Of a stretch of 18,161 bases of DNA, positions 16,808 to 18,161 are shown piece after piece (the stretch's first letter is position 1; each line of letters opens with the position of its first letter). Position numbers and translations under genes: made by a program. A model generated the notes under the pieces. The model saw only the letters and a program-made list of their open reading frames with translations. It was not told where the DNA came from and did no database searches. Source of the stretch: a virus. The stretch lies in the UHGV virus genome UHGV-0095938; one strand, 5' to 3'.

Positions 16808-17287
16808 ATGAAAATCTGCTCAAGATGCCATCAACAGAAGGAAGAAAGGGACTTTCAAATCAGAAGAGCATCCAGAGATGGATTAACTGCCGCTTGCCGG
16901 GCTTGCCTGGCTGAATACGACAAAGAGCGCGCGGGATTGCCACATCGAGTATCAGCAAGGAGAGAATATCAATCATCGGAACGCGGCAGAGAACGGTGTA
17001 ACGCAGCCAAAAAGCGGTTCATTCAGAGCAACCCATGGAAAAGAAAAGCCCACATCATCGTGGGTAATTTTTTGCGCGACGGTAAGCTAATCCGACCACC
17101 ACAATGTGAGTGCTGCGGATCAGAATGCAAACCACAGGCGCACCACTGCGACTACAGCAAACCAACCGATGTGATGTGGCTCTGCAAGTCATGTCATGTC
17201 GAGTGGCACAAACATAACAAACCTATCTACCCAGACGAGGAGCCAGTAACTCTCCCCTTCCCTCGTCACGCTATTCACGCAATTTAA
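16808..17287 (+). CDS. HNH-like zinc-finger protein (putative endonuclease)
   Basis: N-terminal CxxC...CxxC pairs and a C-terminal AHHCDY...WLCKSCH..H segment resembling the HNH signature. Confidence 0.55.
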   Translation: MKICSRCHQQKEERDFQIRRASRDGLTAACRACLAEYDKERAGLPHRVSARREYQSSERGRERCNAAKKRFIQSNPWKRKAHIIVGNFLRDGKLIRPPQCECCGSECKPQAHHCDYSKPTDVMWLCKSCHVEWHKHNKPIYPDEEPVTLPFPRHAIHAI

Positions 17288-17300
17288 TCAGGAGAAAATC

Positions 17301-17597
17301 ATGCCAGCGCCTCTGTATGGTGCGGATGACGCGCGCCGCTGTTCCGGCAATTCCGTATCGGAGGTGCTGGATAAATTCAGAAAAAACTACGATCGGATAA
17401 TGTCGCTACCGCAGGAAACGAAAGAGGAAAAGGAATTTCGCCACTGTATATGGCTTGCAGAGAAAGAAGAACACGAGCGAATTTACCAGACATCAATCCG
17501 ACCATTCCGCAAAGCCACATATACCCACTTCCCTGAATATATCGACCCGCGCCTGCGTAATTACCGCTCACGCTATGGCGCTATCAGTAATGACTGA
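17301..17597 (+). CDS. Hypothetical protein (98 aa)
   Basis: ORF in the collinear early-left array, with a GGAG-type RBS. No recognisable motif. Confidence 0.5.
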   Translation: MPAPLYGADDARRCSGNSVSEVLDKFRKNYDRIMSLPQETKEEKEFRHCIWLAEKEEHERIYQTSIRPFRKATYTHFPEYIDPRLRNYRSRYGAISND

Positions 17598-17775
17598 GGA
17601 ATTTACCATGAGAGGACTTGCATACAATCCCGGCATTCTTCCGGCAGAAATGATTATTCGCCAACGCGTAAAGCCAATGCCATCGAGAGAGGAATTGCTT
17701 AAGAGAAATTCTTTTCCATCAGTGAATCAAAACAAATATCTGAATGCTATGTGGCGCAAAGGAGGCAACCAGTGA
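17590..17775 (+). CDS. Hypothetical protein (61 aa)
   Basis: ATG at 17590 overlaps the upstream stop (ATGA). An alternative ATG at 17608 has a GAGGA RBS. The 106-aa track ORF is probably an over-extension. Confidence 0.4.
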   Translation: MTEEFTMRGLAYNPGILPAEMIIRQRVKPMPSREELLKRNSFPSVNQNKYLNAMWRKGGNQ

Positions 17776-18161
17776 GCAAGATTGACTATCAGGCACTGCG
17801 TGAAAAAGCAGAAAAAGCAACGTGTGGTGTATGGTCGCTCGAATATGGAGAGAGCCGATTTGATAGTGATGATGCGCTAATTCATCGTGAAGTTGCTGGA
17901 TATATTCCTATTTGCAGAATTGAAGGAGCGCATCCTGAAAGCGGTTTCGATGAAGATTTCCAAATGGAACAGCAGGCCAATGCTGAATTCATCGCCGCAG
18001 CCAATCCGGCTACCGTCTTGGCGCTGCTGGATGAACGGGAAAGAAACCAGCAATACATAAAACGCCGCGATCAGGAGAACGAGGAAATTGCGCTTACGGT
18101 TGGGAGGCTGCGCGTTGAGCTGGAAGGCAAAGACAGCAAAATAGCCAATCTTACCGCCGAA
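17772..18161 (+). CDS. Ead/Ea22-like protein, 5' part (runs off the window end)
   Basis: GTG at 17772 overlaps the upstream stop (GTGA) and has a GGAGG RBS. The frame stays open for 130 codons to the window end. Product is coiled-coil-like ([20 protein letters not shown]...). Confidence 0.5.
   Translation, partial: MSKIDYQALREKAEKATCGVWSLEYGESRFDSDDALIHREVAGYIPICRIEGAHPESGFDEDFQMEQQANAEFIAAANPATVLALLDERERNQQYIKRRDQENEEIALTVGRLRVELEGKDSKIANLTAE

Noticed and set aside
1-18161. CRISPR array, integrase or att site, insertion sequence
   Set aside because: No short direct-repeat/spacer array and no transposase- or integrase-like ORF. The window looks internal to the prophage, so prophage ends cannot be assessed.

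Overview
This window is a contiguous stretch of a mosaic lambdoid (P22-like) prophage, read right to left relative to the phage map. All calls are from reading the sequence and ORF translations; no database search was possible. On the minus strand, from low to high coordinates: the 5' end of a portal gene, P22-type terminase large and small subunits, a tightly coupled cassette of small unknown genes, an Rha-family gene, a lambda-type lysis cassette (S holin with dual start, R endolysin, Rz with embedded Rz1), a Q-position late regulator, a nin region (NinH, RusA, YbcO-like, NinF-like, NinC, NinB), a DnaB-type helicase, an O-like initiator carrying origin iterons, and CII- and Cro-like genes. 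The immunity switch sits at about 12.65-12.74 kb with two identical 15-bp operators and divergent promoters. A CI-like repressor (HTH plus S24 peptidase domain) and the early-left operon are on the plus strand: an unknown 147-aa protein with a TTG start, several small proteins separated by three intrinsic terminators, a CIII-like protein, a Rad52-like annealing protein, SSB, an HNH-like protein and a partial Ead/Ea22-like gene. No integrase, att site, CRISPR array or rRNA is present. The best candidates for undescribed function are the AT-rich PL-proximal cassette (13.7-15.0 kb), the unknown cassette just upstream of terS (2.1-3.0 kb) and a tRNA-like element between the Q-position gene and S.
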